DNA of 64,000 nucleotides. It comes from Elusimicrobiota bacterium. GTDB taxonomy: Bacteria; Elusimicrobiota; Endomicrobiia; Endomicrobiales; JBDRNC01. Position numbers and translations under genes: made by a program. The notes under the pieces are model-generated. The model was not told the DNA's origin, did no database searches, and saw nothing but the letters and a program-made list of their open reading frames with translations. Of this stretch, positions 7,942-17,785 are shown piece after piece (within the stretch, counting starts at the first letter, position 1; each line of letters begins with the position of its first letter). The stretch spans positions 1 to 64,000 of the forward strand of contig JBDRNC010000038.1 of assembly GCA_043811535.1 (NCBI GenBank). Reading direction: 5' to 3'.

Positions 7942-10506
7942 ATGAAAAACAAACTAATACTTATCGCAGCATTTATTTTACTCGCGAGTTCGGTTGTTCT
8001 TGCCGAAGACTTGTTGATTACGGACTTTGACCAGTCGTCAAAGTACACCACATTTGTATTCAAAGACGACAAGGGCACGGTTTGGACCGCCGGGTCGGGG
8101 CATAGTGATAATGAAAAGGGTTTCTATCTAGGCATAAAATACGCCATAGAGAAAGGCGGCTGGGGCGGGTGGGGTCTGGACATCAAAGGCCTGGATGTTT
8201 CCCAGTGCAAATATATTTCATTCTCGGTCAAAGGGGAAAAGGGCGGCGAAAATCTTGAGGTTGGGATAAAAGACATGAAAAACAAGGAAATTAAGGTTTC
8301 CTTGAAAGATATAGCGACCATAGATACCTCGTGGACTACCGTGAAAGTCCCTCTTTCGGAATTTAAGGACATAGACATGTCCGCGCTTTCCAACGTTCAT
8401 TTTGCCATGGGCGATTGGGGCGGCAAGGGCAGGATTTTCATTGATGATATTAAATTCGCAGGAGGCGCGGAAGAGGTTGGCGGCGGCGATACGATCCAGG
8501 GCGTCGGCAAGGTCCTTGTTGACGGTTTTGAAAGAACGAACGCTTATGACCGCTATTACGTGTACGAAGGCGACGATTCCTCTCTCAAACTGGCGTCTTC
8601 CAGGTTCGCGAAAGAAGGCGATTATTCCCTTGAACTGGAATACACGCTAGCCACGACAAAGTCGCTCGGAACGTGGGTTTCCGCGCATCTGAGGTCCGGC
8701 GTTGAATCCCTTAACTGGACAGGAGTCAGAGAGATAAAGATGTGGGTTTACGGAGACGGTTCAGATAACATCTTGGAATTCAACATCATAGACGCCGACG
8801 GAGACACCTGGGTTTGCCAGGACAGGAACGTTCTTAACCAGACGCAATGGACGCTCATTTCGATGCCGCTGTCGAAATTCGGAGAAAAAACCGGTAAAAC
8901 AAAGGTATTTGACCCGTCAAGGATAAAAACATTTGAGATTTCCGTAGTAAGCAAGTCGGGAGTTCTTTCTCCCGGAACAAGAAGCTACGGTTCAAGGATA
9001 TATGTCGACCAGCTTTACCTGCTGGGCGAAAACATAAGCGCGGTCGCGTCGACGCCTCCGAACATCGTGGAAAGGCTCCGCATGGCTGTTCCGGCCATAG
9101 GCAACGTTGATTTTTCCGGCGTGGCTTTCACGCAGTACGAATACTCGCCGATAACCCAGAGCATGATGTATCACTGGGGAAAACTGGCGGCCGACGCGAA
9201 AGTTGACAAATACAGCGTCAGGCTTGAATTTGCGGGCACCTGGCAGGAATTCGGCGACTCGGCTTATTACATAGCCACGGCGAGCAACACGACTACCGGA
9301 GGCGGGCAGGAAATGCGCGTCACTATTTCAGACCTGCACGTAACGGCGAACGATCCTTTCCCGAACATGACGAAACTGACGCTCGGCAACGTCTGGCTGG
9401 ATTATTCTCCTTACACGTTCGCGGGAACGTGGGGCTACAAGGGGTTGACAGCGGAAGGCGACTGGGAAGACCTCAACTACCACCTTTTTCTTGTTAAAGG
9501 AAAATACAACAATTTTACGTCCGGGACGCGATTAAAGACGACGCTGTCGTCGCTGAACCTTTTCGGGCTTGGAGAGATACCGTTGAAACTTCTCGGTACA
9601 GGCATAATCGTCTATTCCGAAGACACGGCTCGCATGCCTTCTCTGTCCAATGTTTCCGACTCGGCGACGCTTAACAAGTCAAACTCGATGAAGCTTACCA
9701 AGGTTTCGCAGGACACGACGTACACGCTTGAACTCAAAAGAAAATTTTTCACGGACCGCATGCAGGTTTTGTACATTTACGGCGCGAATTACTATTCAAA
9801 ATCCGCGGATGCTGATTATTCCGATCCTTTCGACCCGAAATTCAACACGATGCTTGAAACTCCCTTAACCCTCAACGGCGTCATGAACCGCGTAAGAATG
9901 GAAATATACGACATCGGAGTGAAAGGGCTTTCATTGAATGGCGAGTACCGCGATGTGGACCCTGAGTTCCGCCCGAAATACCGCAACGACCCGAACGGCT
10001 TTGACGACTACGAATCCGACCAGAAGGGTTTCAACGTAAGGGCAAGCGAATGGTATAAAGGTTTTAATATCGCCGCGGAGTACGACAGCATTCACAGAAA
10101 ACTCTACGTAGACGGGATAAGAAACCGGCAGAACTACACGTTCGGGTACTCGGGCATAAAGGGCATTGAAATGAGCTATTACAAGGAAATAAGGCGCGAC
10201 GTCAATAACGCGCGAAGCGAACGTTCCCTGTTCAATGCCACTAACCGCGATGAGAAGGTTGTCGCCAATGAAGTCTATATACGCACGCAGATAAGGGACA
10301 ATATGGTGCTCTGGTTCAAGATCAGGAACGAAGAATTCATTTCATACGCCTGGAACGGCCACGATTTTACGGATACGCTGAATGCTCAATGGGAATATTA
10401 CCTGTCAAGCAACGCGAAATTCATCTCTGAATACAAATCAGTGCGTTACCGCTATCCGAACGACGACAATAACTACTTGAAAGCGTATTTTGAAGTGACG
10501 TTCTAA
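7942..10506 (+). CDS. putative outer-membrane beta-barrel with two N-terminal CBM11-like domains
   Basis: Signal peptide, two CBM11/CIA30-like domains, then ~470 aa of alternating aromatic beta-strands ending YLKAYFEVTF. Confidence 0.65.
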   Translation: MKNKLILIAAFILLASSVVLAEDLLITDFDQSSKYTTFVFKDDKGTVWTAGSGHSDNEKGFYLGIKYAIEKGGWGGWGLDIKGLDVSQCKYISFSVKGEKGGENLEVGIKDMKNKEIKVSLKDIATIDTSWTTVKVPLSEFKDIDMSALSNVHFAMGDWGGKGRIFIDDIKFAGGAEEVGGGDTIQGVGKVLVDGFERTNAYDRYYVYEGDDSSLKLASSRFAKEGDYSLELEYTLATTKSLGTWVSAHLRSGVESLNWTGVREIKMWVYGDGSDNILEFNIIDADGDTWVCQDRNVLNQTQWTLISMPLSKFGEKTGKTKVFDPSRIKTFEISVVSKSGVLSPGTRSYGSRIYVDQLYLLGENISAVASTPPNIVERLRMAVPAIGNVDFSGVAFTQYEYSPITQSMMYHWGKLAADAKVDKYSVRLEFAGTWQEFGDSAYYIATASNTTTGGGQEMRVTISDLHVTANDPFPNMTKLTLGNVWLDYSPYTFAGTWGYKGLTAEGDWEDLNYHLFLVKGKYNNFTSGTRLKTTLSSLNLFGLGEIPLKLLGTGIIVYSEDTARMPSLSNVSDSATLNKSNSMKLTKVSQDTTYTLELKRKFFTDRMQVLYIYGANYYSKSADADYSDPFDPKFNTMLETPLTLNGVMNRVRMEIYDIGVKGLSLNGEYRDVDPEFRPKYRNDPNGFDDYESDQKGFNVRASEWYKGFNIAAEYDSIHRKLYVDGIRNRQNYTFGYSGIKGIEMSYYKEIRRDVNNARSERSLFNATNRDEKVVANEVYIRTQIRDNMVLWFKIRNEEFISYAWNGHDFTDTLNAQWEYYLSSNAKFISEYKSVRYRYPNDDNNYLKAYFEVTF

Positions 10507-10509
10507 ACG

Positions 10510-10542
10510 ACAGTATCTGGTATCTAGTATTTAGTATCTAGT
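10510..10542. repeat. 7-mer tandem repeat (TAGTATC)
   Basis: CAGTATCTGGTATCTAGTATTTAGTATCTAGTA; same family as 41167-41239. Confidence 0.75.
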
Positions 10543-10582
10543 AACGACGAAAGCAAGGCAAAGGCAGGGCATATATTTTTTT

Positions 10583-10604
10583 GCAAACGATTGGAAACGT
10601 TTTC
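10583..10604. promoter_or_regulatory. two overlapping LacI-type operator variants
   Basis: GCAAACGATTGG and GGAAACGTTTTC upstream of the large surface protein. Confidence 0.5.
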
Positions 10605-10627
10605 ATTATTTGCAGATATAAAGGCAG

Positions 10628-10720
10628 TAATTTGCAATTAGCAATTGGCAATTAGTATAGATGCAAGAACTGATTACGTTTTAACTACTAATCGCTAATG
10701 GCAAATTGCTAATAGCTAAC
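10628..10720. repeat. palindromic 7-mer tandem repeat (TTAGCAA / TTGCTAA)
   Basis: TTTGCAATTAGCAATTGGCAATTAG ... CTAATCGCTAATGGCAAATTGCTAATAGCTAA. Confidence 0.75.
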
Positions 10721-10742
10721 GATTACAATTAAGCAATCTATC

Positions 10743-13700
10743 ATGTTTAAAAAAATTCTCATATTATCATTAATTTTCGCGGCTTTGACGCCGGCGGCTG
10801 TTTTTGCCGGTACTAAGGTTGTTGCCGATTTTAACAGCGCTTCAACGCCGTTTAACATTGACGCTGCAAGCTCCATGGGAACTGATCCGGGGAACTATTA
10901 TTGGACTTTTGTATCCACGGTTGCTCATGGAAATACAGGATATTCTTTGCAGTTCAACCGTATAGGAGGAGTAACTTCATACTTGATAATGAATTTCGGC
11001 ACAGCCAAGGATTTTTCCCAGTACAAGGCTTTTTCTTTCTGGATAAAAGGCGCGGCGGGCGGCGAATGTTTCCGCTTGAGTCTTGAAAGCGCTGCTGCCG
11101 GGGCAAATCCCAACCTAAGGCCTAATGTAAGGGATTTTCTGCCTATAGGAGTTACCACGGAATGGCAGAAAGTAGTTATTCCGATTTCCTCGATGTTTCA
11201 AAACGTCAAATCCACCTGCATAGCGTCTGTTAATCAGTTAGTTTTCACAATTGACGACCCCACCGCTCCGGATGAAGTTGTATATATAGACGATATAGAA
11301 CTTCATTCCAACTGCGCGCCTGTCGTGGTAAACACATTTGAGGCGCCGTACGGATACAATTCATTCGGCCGCTCATACACCCCGGCGGGAGATGTCGGGG
11401 CTACTGCTGCGTATGTCACTACGACTTCGTACCAAGGCAGCAGGAGCATCGCGCTTAATTATCAGGTTAACGGCGGATGGGGAGCGGTATTTGAAGAACG
11501 ATTTTGCGAAGATTCGCCGGACGACTCGCTTCCTCTTGATTTGTCGGCTTGTGATACCATCGAAGTAGCGTTGCAGAGAGGTTATACTTCAGGGGCCTCG
11601 ATCAATCCTCAAGTGGAATTATGGAGCCAGGGCTCGCCGGTCGGCCACAGCTCTACATTGGCTATTGATAATACCATGACATTATATACTGTATCATTGG
11701 CATCTTTAGATAACAGTTATACCGTCAGCGGCTCGTCTTATACAAGGCTTTTTAAAGTTTATTTCAGCGGCGCCAGCCCTTCAAATTCAACGTGTTTTAT
11801 AGATGAGATTCGCTTTGTCAACAATTCCACTCCGACAATACCTACGGCTTTCCTTGCGAACGGTCAGGCGGTCGGCGACAGCTTCGCTTTCTCAAGCGCC
11901 TGCGTCCTGCAGGCGACGGCGGACGAATATAATTCCACAACACACAAACTGATGGAGCACGTCCGGTTTGAGCACGACAACCTTTCCGGCGGGCAATCCT
12001 GGTACACGATTGGAAGAGACACTGACACGGCGAATACTACTTATACGTGGCCGTGGGTCACGACCGGGCTTCTTGAAAGCGCCACGTATCAGGTGCGCGC
12101 GGTGGCCGAGAACATAAACGGCAACACGGCGGCATTGAAATATATAAACTGTTCTATCGGACAGCCACCCGCGGATATAACCGACCTTGCGGCAGTTGCC
12201 GGGAGTACCGACGGCACGGTCCGGCTTTCATGGACAGCTCCGGGCGACAACGGGGTTTCGGGAAACCTTGACAACGGGGCATACCTTATTAAGGTTTCCA
12301 CTTTCTATATCAACACGGCGAATTTTGATGCCGTGTCCGACAATATGCCCGCTTCGTTCTCAGTGCAGTTCTCGACTAATAATGTCGCGCCTTACTCGTA
12401 CCAGATGAGCATGATAACGGGGCTCTATCCCGGAACCACGTACTTCTTCGCGATAAAGGCGATGGACGATACATCCACATGGTCCGTCTGGCAGGGCACA
12501 GGCACTGATGTAAACCCGAATTCTTTCAAAGCCGCGCAGGATCTCGCGCCGAACGCGGTTGAGTCGGTTACAGCGATACAGGGAAGCACGAAAATAGACC
12601 TGTCGTGGGTAAGGCCGAGCTCTCCGGTTTACTTCAATGACTACTCTAAATTCTGGGTTTACATGTCCACTTCGCCGTTCGCGGAAAACGAAAGGAACAA
12701 CGAATATGTCTCAGTCGCGGCGACCATAGCGTATGTCGCCCTTCAGGATCCCGTGACCGCGCAAATCATCGGACTTGATAATTACACGACATATTTCTTC
12801 CATTTAGGGACGTTTGACCTTGACTCTCAGGGCGGATTGTTCAGTATAGCGCATGAGAGTTTTTCGCTGGTAGAGGCCAGCACGATGACCGTACTCATGG
12901 CGCCCGACGCGGCGTCAGGATTCAACGGCGTAGCGCTTTCCACGTATTCCATACAATGGTCATGGGTGGATTCGCCTAACGACGAAGGGTACAAAGTTAA
13001 ATACGCGTCTTCGCCCGCCGACAGCGCTTCTCCCGACCAGGGAACGGATGTTGTCACGTGGACGGAATCGGACGGGCTCACGGCCAATGTCGCGTACGGA
13101 AGGACTGTCGCGGCATTCAACGGCGCCGGCGAAAGCGACTTGGCGAATTCGGCCACTGTGTACACTCTCGCGGACACGCCCCTGAACCTGGTGGTCGGCA
13201 ACGTGAGCAAGAGCTCGGCCACGCTGGTATGGGATGACGATACCAATCCGAACACGACAGTTTACGGCGTCAGCTATTCATCCGTCGGCTATTATGTGAA
13301 TGTCACGACCGCGGTTAACTACGTAAAAGGACTGACAGCGCATACTACCGCGATATATGATTTAAACGACGGCGCAACGTATTATTTCCGCGCATGGGCC
13401 TATAACGGGAACCTGATAGAGACTGCGTCAATTGAGATAAGCACTATAACGCTGCAGACGCTGACACCTTCCGGTTTCAGCGGAGTCGCGTACTCGTCAT
13501 ACACAATGTGCTGGTCGTGGACTCCGGTGAACAACGCCTGGGGCTACCGCGTGAAATACGCGAGTTCGCCCGTGGTGGACGCTTCGCCTTCGCTCGCGTC
13601 TTCCGCCACTTATTGGATAGAAAACGACGGGTTGAGCGGCAATACCGCTTACGGCAGAGGCGTCGTGGCGTACGCGGGCATATACGAAAGCTCGCTGTCC

Positions 13701-16199
13701 AATACCGCGACCGCATACACGCTGACAAATCCGCCGGGCAACCCGGAAGTAAGCGATGTGGGTTTGAGCACTATTACCGTCTCATGGGACATGAACGGAA
13801 ATCCAAGCGCGCGTTTCGGGCTCAGTTATACGACAGACCAGGATTATCTTGTGGGCGTCACAACACCGATAAATTACGCGACCGACTTCACGGCGCTGAC
13901 AACCACATATTACGGACTTTCGGCAAGCACGACTTACTTTTTCCATATCTGGACGTATAACGGTGGCCAGGTGGCTTCCGCTTTTGTCCAGACAAGCACT
14001 AAAACTCTTGACGGCCCGCCGGACCAGCCGGCTGGTTTTGACGGGACGGCGCTGTCTTCCTCGTCAATACAGTGGACGTGGACTGACGTGAGCGGAGAAA
14101 CCGGGTATCGCGTTAATTTCGCGTCTTCGCCGTCGCAGTCCCTGACCGCATCAGGTAATCTTGCGGCTAATACGGTAAGCTGGCCCGAAGGTTCTCTCTC
14201 GCCCAACCGCCCTTACGGAAGATGTGTGGTCGCGTATAATGTGTCAGGCGAAGGGTCATTGTCCGATTCTGCGACGGTTTACACGCTGGCTGAACCTCCG
14301 CCGGCTGCATCTTTGGTTGTCAGTAATGTAATTACCAGTTCCATAACGCTTACCTGGAGCGCAGGCGACAACCCGGCAAATACAAGGTTCGGCGTGAGTT
14401 ATTCCACGACAGGTTTGTATGATGTCAGCGTGACAACGGTTGTTAAATTCTCCAACAATTTGACGGCTAATACTACAAACATGCTCTACCTTACAGACGG
14501 CACGTCCTACTACTTCCGCGTGTGGGCTTACAATGAGAATCAATTTCAATCCGCTGCGGTGACCGTCAGCACCAGGACCATACAGACAAACACGCCTACG
14601 GGTTTCATTGGTACCGTTCCGACCACTACTTCAATACAATGGTCCTGGAACCCTGTCACGTGTGATAGCTACAGGGTTAAGTGCGCCACCGAACCAACCA
14701 CGACCATTAGAACCCAGATTGATTCCGTTTGGATTGAAGAAGGACTGCTGGTGAACAGGCCGTACGGCAGGGGAGTCGTGTCAGTAACGAGCGGTTTCGA
14801 AAGCTCGCTGTCCAATACGACCACGGTTTACACGAAGGCTAACGCCCCGGTCACGCCTTCCACGTCAAGCGTCCTTACGACGTCTATCGTGGTCGCGTGG
14901 AATGACAATTCCAATCCGTCGTGGACGCGCTACGGCGTCAGCTATTCAAGCGTGGGTTACTACGTCAATGTTTCCACACCCGTAAATTACACTAGCGTCA
15001 ATACCGCCCTTTCGGCGACCATCTCCTCGCTGACAAAAGGAACGACTTATTATATGCGGGTGTGGGCCTACAACGGCGCCCAGATAATTACGGCGTCGGT
15101 ACAGCTAAGCACCGTCTGCACGCTTGCGTACATGGATACCACGGCTCCCGAGATATCGGGTGTGACAGAGGTTACGGCTACATATTTCCTTAAGAAAAAC
15201 ATAAACATAGCCGCTTCGGTGACCGATGACGAGGAAATAGCAAGCGCCGCTTTGAACTACAAGGTGAATTCGGGCGGCTGGAAGAGCGTGGCAATGACCG
15301 AGGCCGCGGGCGGGACCGATATCAGCAAACAATATACGAGCGCGATTCCGGGCAGCGAGATTACGGCGGTCGGAAACGTTTATTACTATATAAGCGCGGT
15401 TGACGCGACAGACAATGTAGGATTATGGAAGTCCAGCGCGGCTCCGCAGGCGGTAGAGGTCAAGCAGGTCCTGTCACTCTCGGTTTCCAGCGGAACCGTG
15501 AACCTGCCCGATTCCAATGACGACGACGGCACGGTTTCGGTGACGATACCGGAAGGCGCGCTGAGAACAAGCACGGTAATTACCATAGAATCTTTGGATC
15601 CGGACGAGATAACGACGCCGCCGTCTGTTTCTGACAGCGCAAGGCCCGCGTCAGCTTACGAATTCGGGCCTTCGAGCACGACATTCAGAAAGCCCGTGAC
15701 GCTGACGCTGTTGTTTACAGACCTGAACCCCAAGGACGGGGTGGAAGATAACCTGAATGTTCCTGTGAAGAACCTGCGAGTGTTCCACTGGGACGGTTTT
15801 GAATGGAGGCTGTTGGGCGGAATCGTAAATGATTACAATGCTTCCGATTCATCCAAGGTTAACACCGTATCGGTGCAGACAATGCATTTCTCCAGATTCG
15901 CGCTGTACCCGCTTAAGACGGGTTCGGCCAGCTATAAACCGAAAGAGAAGATTATCACGCCCGCGACGAAAGACGGCATAAACGACCTGGCCCAGTTTGA
16001 CGGGCTTTCAGGGGAAGACGTCAAGATAAAAATTTATGACATAGAAGGCAGATTGATGAGAACGGTAAACGTGCTGAAAGAAGGAAACGTCTGGAACGGT
16101 ATTAGCGATGACGGCCAGATCGTGGAGAGCGGCGTGTACATCTACCAGTTCAAGTTCCAGGATAAGCTCTACAGCGGAACTATAATAGTGGCAAAATAG
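10743..16199 (+). CDS. large surface protein: 2x CBM11-like, FN3 repeats, ZU5-like and CHU_C/T9SS type B-like C-terminal domain
   Basis: Signal peptide; Ser/Thr-rich FN3 repeats (SIQWSW..TYYFRVWAYN); VTIPEGAL..YEFGP..F.KPVTLTL; C-terminal IITPATKDGINDL..IYDIEGR..VESGVYIY. Confidence 0.8.
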   Translation: MFKKILILSLIFAALTPAAVFAGTKVVADFNSASTPFNIDAASSMGTDPGNYYWTFVSTVAHGNTGYSLQFNRIGGVTSYLIMNFGTAKDFSQYKAFSFWIKGAAGGECFRLSLESAAAGANPNLRPNVRDFLPIGVTTEWQKVVIPISSMFQNVKSTCIASVNQLVFTIDDPTAPDEVVYIDDIELHSNCAPVVVNTFEAPYGYNSFGRSYTPAGDVGATAAYVTTTSYQGSRSIALNYQVNGGWGAVFEERFCEDSPDDSLPLDLSACDTIEVALQRGYTSGASINPQVELWSQGSPVGHSSTLAIDNTMTLYTVSLASLDNSYTVSGSSYTRLFKVYFSGASPSNSTCFIDEIRFVNNSTPTIPTAFLANGQAVGDSFAFSSACVLQATADEYNSTTHKLMEHVRFEHDNLSGGQSWYTIGRDTDTANTTYTWPWVTTGLLESATYQVRAVAENINGNTAALKYINCSIGQPPADITDLAAVAGSTDGTVRLSWTAPGDNGVSGNLDNGAYLIKVSTFYINTANFDAVSDNMPASFSVQFSTNNVAPYSYQMSMITGLYPGTTYFFAIKAMDDTSTWSVWQGTGTDVNPNSFKAAQDLAPNAVESVTAIQGSTKIDLSWVRPSSPVYFNDYSKFWVYMSTSPFAENERNNEYVSVAATIAYVALQDPVTAQIIGLDNYTTYFFHLGTFDLDSQGGLFSIAHESFSLVEASTMTVLMAPDAASGFNGVALSTYSIQWSWVDSPNDEGYKVKYASSPADSASPDQGTDVVTWTESDGLTANVAYGRTVAAFNGAGESDLANSATVYTLADTPLNLVVGNVSKSSATLVWDDDTNPNTTVYGVSYSSVGYYVNVTTAVNYVKGLTAHTTAIYDLNDGATYYFRAWAYNGNLIETASIEISTITLQTLTPSGFSGVAYSSYTMCWSWTPVNNAWGYRVKYASSPVVDASPSLASSATYWIENDGLSGNTAYGRGVVAYAGIYESSLSNTATAYTLTNPPGNPEVSDVGLSTITVSWDMNGNPSARFGLSYTTDQDYLVGVTTPINYATDFTALTTTYYGLSASTTYFFHIWTYNGGQVASAFVQTSTKTLDGPPDQPAGFDGTALSSSSIQWTWTDVSGETGYRVNFASSPSQSLTASGNLAANTVSWPEGSLSPNRPYGRCVVAYNVSGEGSLSDSATVYTLAEPPPAASLVVSNVITSSITLTWSAGDNPANTRFGVSYSTTGLYDVSVTTVVKFSNNLTANTTNMLYLTDGTSYYFRVWAYNENQFQSAAVTVSTRTIQTNTPTGFIGTVPTTTSIQWSWNPVTCDSYRVKCATEPTTTIRTQIDSVWIEEGLLVNRPYGRGVVSVTSGFESSLSNTTTVYTKANAPVTPSTSSVLTTSIVVAWNDNSNPSWTRYGVSYSSVGYYVNVSTPVNYTSVNTALSATISSLTKGTTYYMRVWAYNGAQIITASVQLSTVCTLAYMDTTAPEISGVTEVTATYFLKKNINIAASVTDDEEIASAALNYKVNSGGWKSVAMTEAAGGTDISKQYTSAIPGSEITAVGNVYYYISAVDATDNVGLWKSSAAPQAVEVKQVLSLSVSSGTVNLPDSNDDDGTVSVTIPEGALRTSTVITIESLDPDEITTPPSVSDSARPASAYEFGPSSTTFRKPVTLTLLFTDLNPKDGVEDNLNVPVKNLRVFHWDGFEWRLLGGIVNDYNASDSSKVNTVSVQTMHFSRFALYPLKTGSASYKPKEKIITPATKDGINDLAQFDGLSGEDVKIKIYDIEGRLMRTVNVLKEGNVWNGISDDGQIVESGVYIYQFKFQDKLYSGTIIVAK

Positions 16200-16200
16200 A

Positions 16201-16329
16201 AAGACAGAAGAAGGAAGAGGGAAGAAGGAAGAAATGACTCGAATTTATGGAATTATCATGAAAATAAGAATAATCATTTTAGGAGCGCTGTCAGTCCTGC
16301 TTCTGACTTCCGTCTTCCATCTTCCGTCT
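16201..16329. repeat. palindromic 7-mer tandem repeat (GAAGACG-like / CTTCCGT), right arm inside a CDS
   Basis: AAGACAGAAGAAGGAAGAGGGAAGAAGGAAGA then CTTCTGACTTCCGTCTTCCATCTTCCGTCT. Confidence 0.65.
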
Positions 16330-17220
16330 GTTTTTGCCGCTTTTAAAGATCCCGGGTTCGGGACGCGCCCGATGGGCATGGGTGGGGCGTTCTGCGCGGT
16401 TGCTGACGACGTAAATGCCGCGCTGTACAATCCCGCGGGCGTGTACATCACGGATACGTATTCAGTAGGGTTGATGTACGCCAAGCTTTACGCGGGGCTT
16501 GACGATGTGAATCTCGGGCTCCAGCATGCCGCGTTTATCATGCCAACGGAAAATAAAGGAAATTTCGGCTTTACCTGGGCTCAGTTCACGTCCGCCTCTG
16601 ATTACAGGGAAGATACGATGATTCTGTCATACGCCAAGGGCTTCCAGGTAAAGGTGGTCCCGGAATTCTACGCCGGCATTAATTTGAAAAGTATGGGACA
16701 CGCGTATACGCTTGACGAGCGGACAATAGATGACCCGGTCTTCGCGGACGGGAACTCAAAGAGCGCGCTGGCAATAGACCTCGGCGCCTGGGCCGCGCTT
16801 ACATCGAACAGTGAAAACGAGACCGCCCTGGGCCTGATGCTGAAGAACTTGAACGAGCCTGATGTAGGGCTCAAGACGGAGGATAAGGTCCCTTCGGAGC
16901 TGAGAATCGGAGTCAAGCACAGCATAGCCGAAATGGGTTCTACGAGTAACTTCCTTATCGCGGCGGATCTCTCCTACCGTAACCAGGCGAATGAAAAGGA
17001 ACAGAATAAGGTGAATATTCACATAGGTTCCGAAGCATGGTTCTTTGATGAATTACTGGGCTTGCGCGCGGGGGGTAACATGAATTCATTTGGCGCTGGT
17101 TTTTCAATCAAAAGAGCGATTTCATCTACAGTAATGCAGCTTGATTACAGCCTGCTTATGCCGCTTAGCATAGAGGGGACATCGGGCTCCCACAGAATGT
17201 CAGTCTCTTGCGGATTTTAG
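16234..17220 (+). CDS. PorV/PorP-SprF-like outer-membrane beta-barrel (alternative start 16258)
   Basis: GTRPMGMGGAFCAVADD.NAALYNPAG; ends GSHRMSVSCGF. Confidence 0.8.
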   Translation: MTRIYGIIMKIRIIILGALSVLLLTSVFHLPSVFAAFKDPGFGTRPMGMGGAFCAVADDVNAALYNPAGVYITDTYSVGLMYAKLYAGLDDVNLGLQHAAFIMPTENKGNFGFTWAQFTSASDYREDTMILSYAKGFQVKVVPEFYAGINLKSMGHAYTLDERTIDDPVFADGNSKSALAIDLGAWAALTSNSENETALGLMLKNLNEPDVGLKTEDKVPSELRIGVKHSIAEMGSTSNFLIAADLSYRNQANEKEQNKVNIHIGSEAWFFDELLGLRAGGNMNSFGAGFSIKRAISSTVMQLDYSLLMPLSIEGTSGSHRMSVSCGF

Positions 17221-17361
17221 CTTTGGCCCCGCTTTTTTAAGCCGGACGAAAGAACGGTCAAAAAAGGATAATAAAAAAAGTTTCCGCCAAAAAAAGCTTC
17301 AGTTCGAAGTTTCCGTCGAAGAACACCTGTAAAATAACTGAAAAATAATTTAGGGGCGCTA

Positions 17362-17411
17362 TTGACAAATAGTGCTTTTTTTTATAATATCTGGGGAAGG
17401 CAAACGATTGC
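17362..17411 (+). promoter_or_regulatory. promoter with adjacent LacI operator
   Basis: TTGACA 17362-17367, TATAATAT 17383-17390, GCAAACGATTGC 17400-17411. Confidence 0.7.
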
Positions 17412-17555
17412 GTTATTGAAAAATCAATCAGGCAATCAATTGTTCACCGGCTAAAAACCTTCAAGTACTAAGTTCCACCTGCCAAGTGGGGGCAAGACCA
17501 AAAATCGGGGCATTATGTGCGTAGTATAATAATGGAAATTATACGCGACATCAAG

Positions 17556-17567
17556 GCAAACGTTTGC
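17556..17567. promoter_or_regulatory. LacI-family operator
   Basis: Perfect GCAAACGTTTGC. Confidence 0.75.
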
Positions 17568-17785
17568 TTAAATATTTGAGTGCGGGAGATGGGCCAAGTC
17601 TGTTTCACTAAAAAATTAATACTGAGGTGGGGAGGTGGTTGCTGTTAAATGCTGGAAAAACCTACTAATACATCACGAGCAAAAAGACACAAGCAGGATG
17701 ATTCATTAAGTACCATGATGGAAACAGTCAAAATGCCTGCCGGAAAATGGCGGGGTGACACAAGAAATTAACCAGGAGGAGTAAA

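Noticed and set aside
7942..10506. SusC/TonB-dependent receptor
   Set aside because: No recognisable TonB box or plug motifs; N-terminus consists of CBM-like domains
17412..17785. Known riboswitch (e.g. c-di-GMP)
   Set aside because: No recognisable consensus by eye; the GGCAAAC occurrences are explained by the LacI operator
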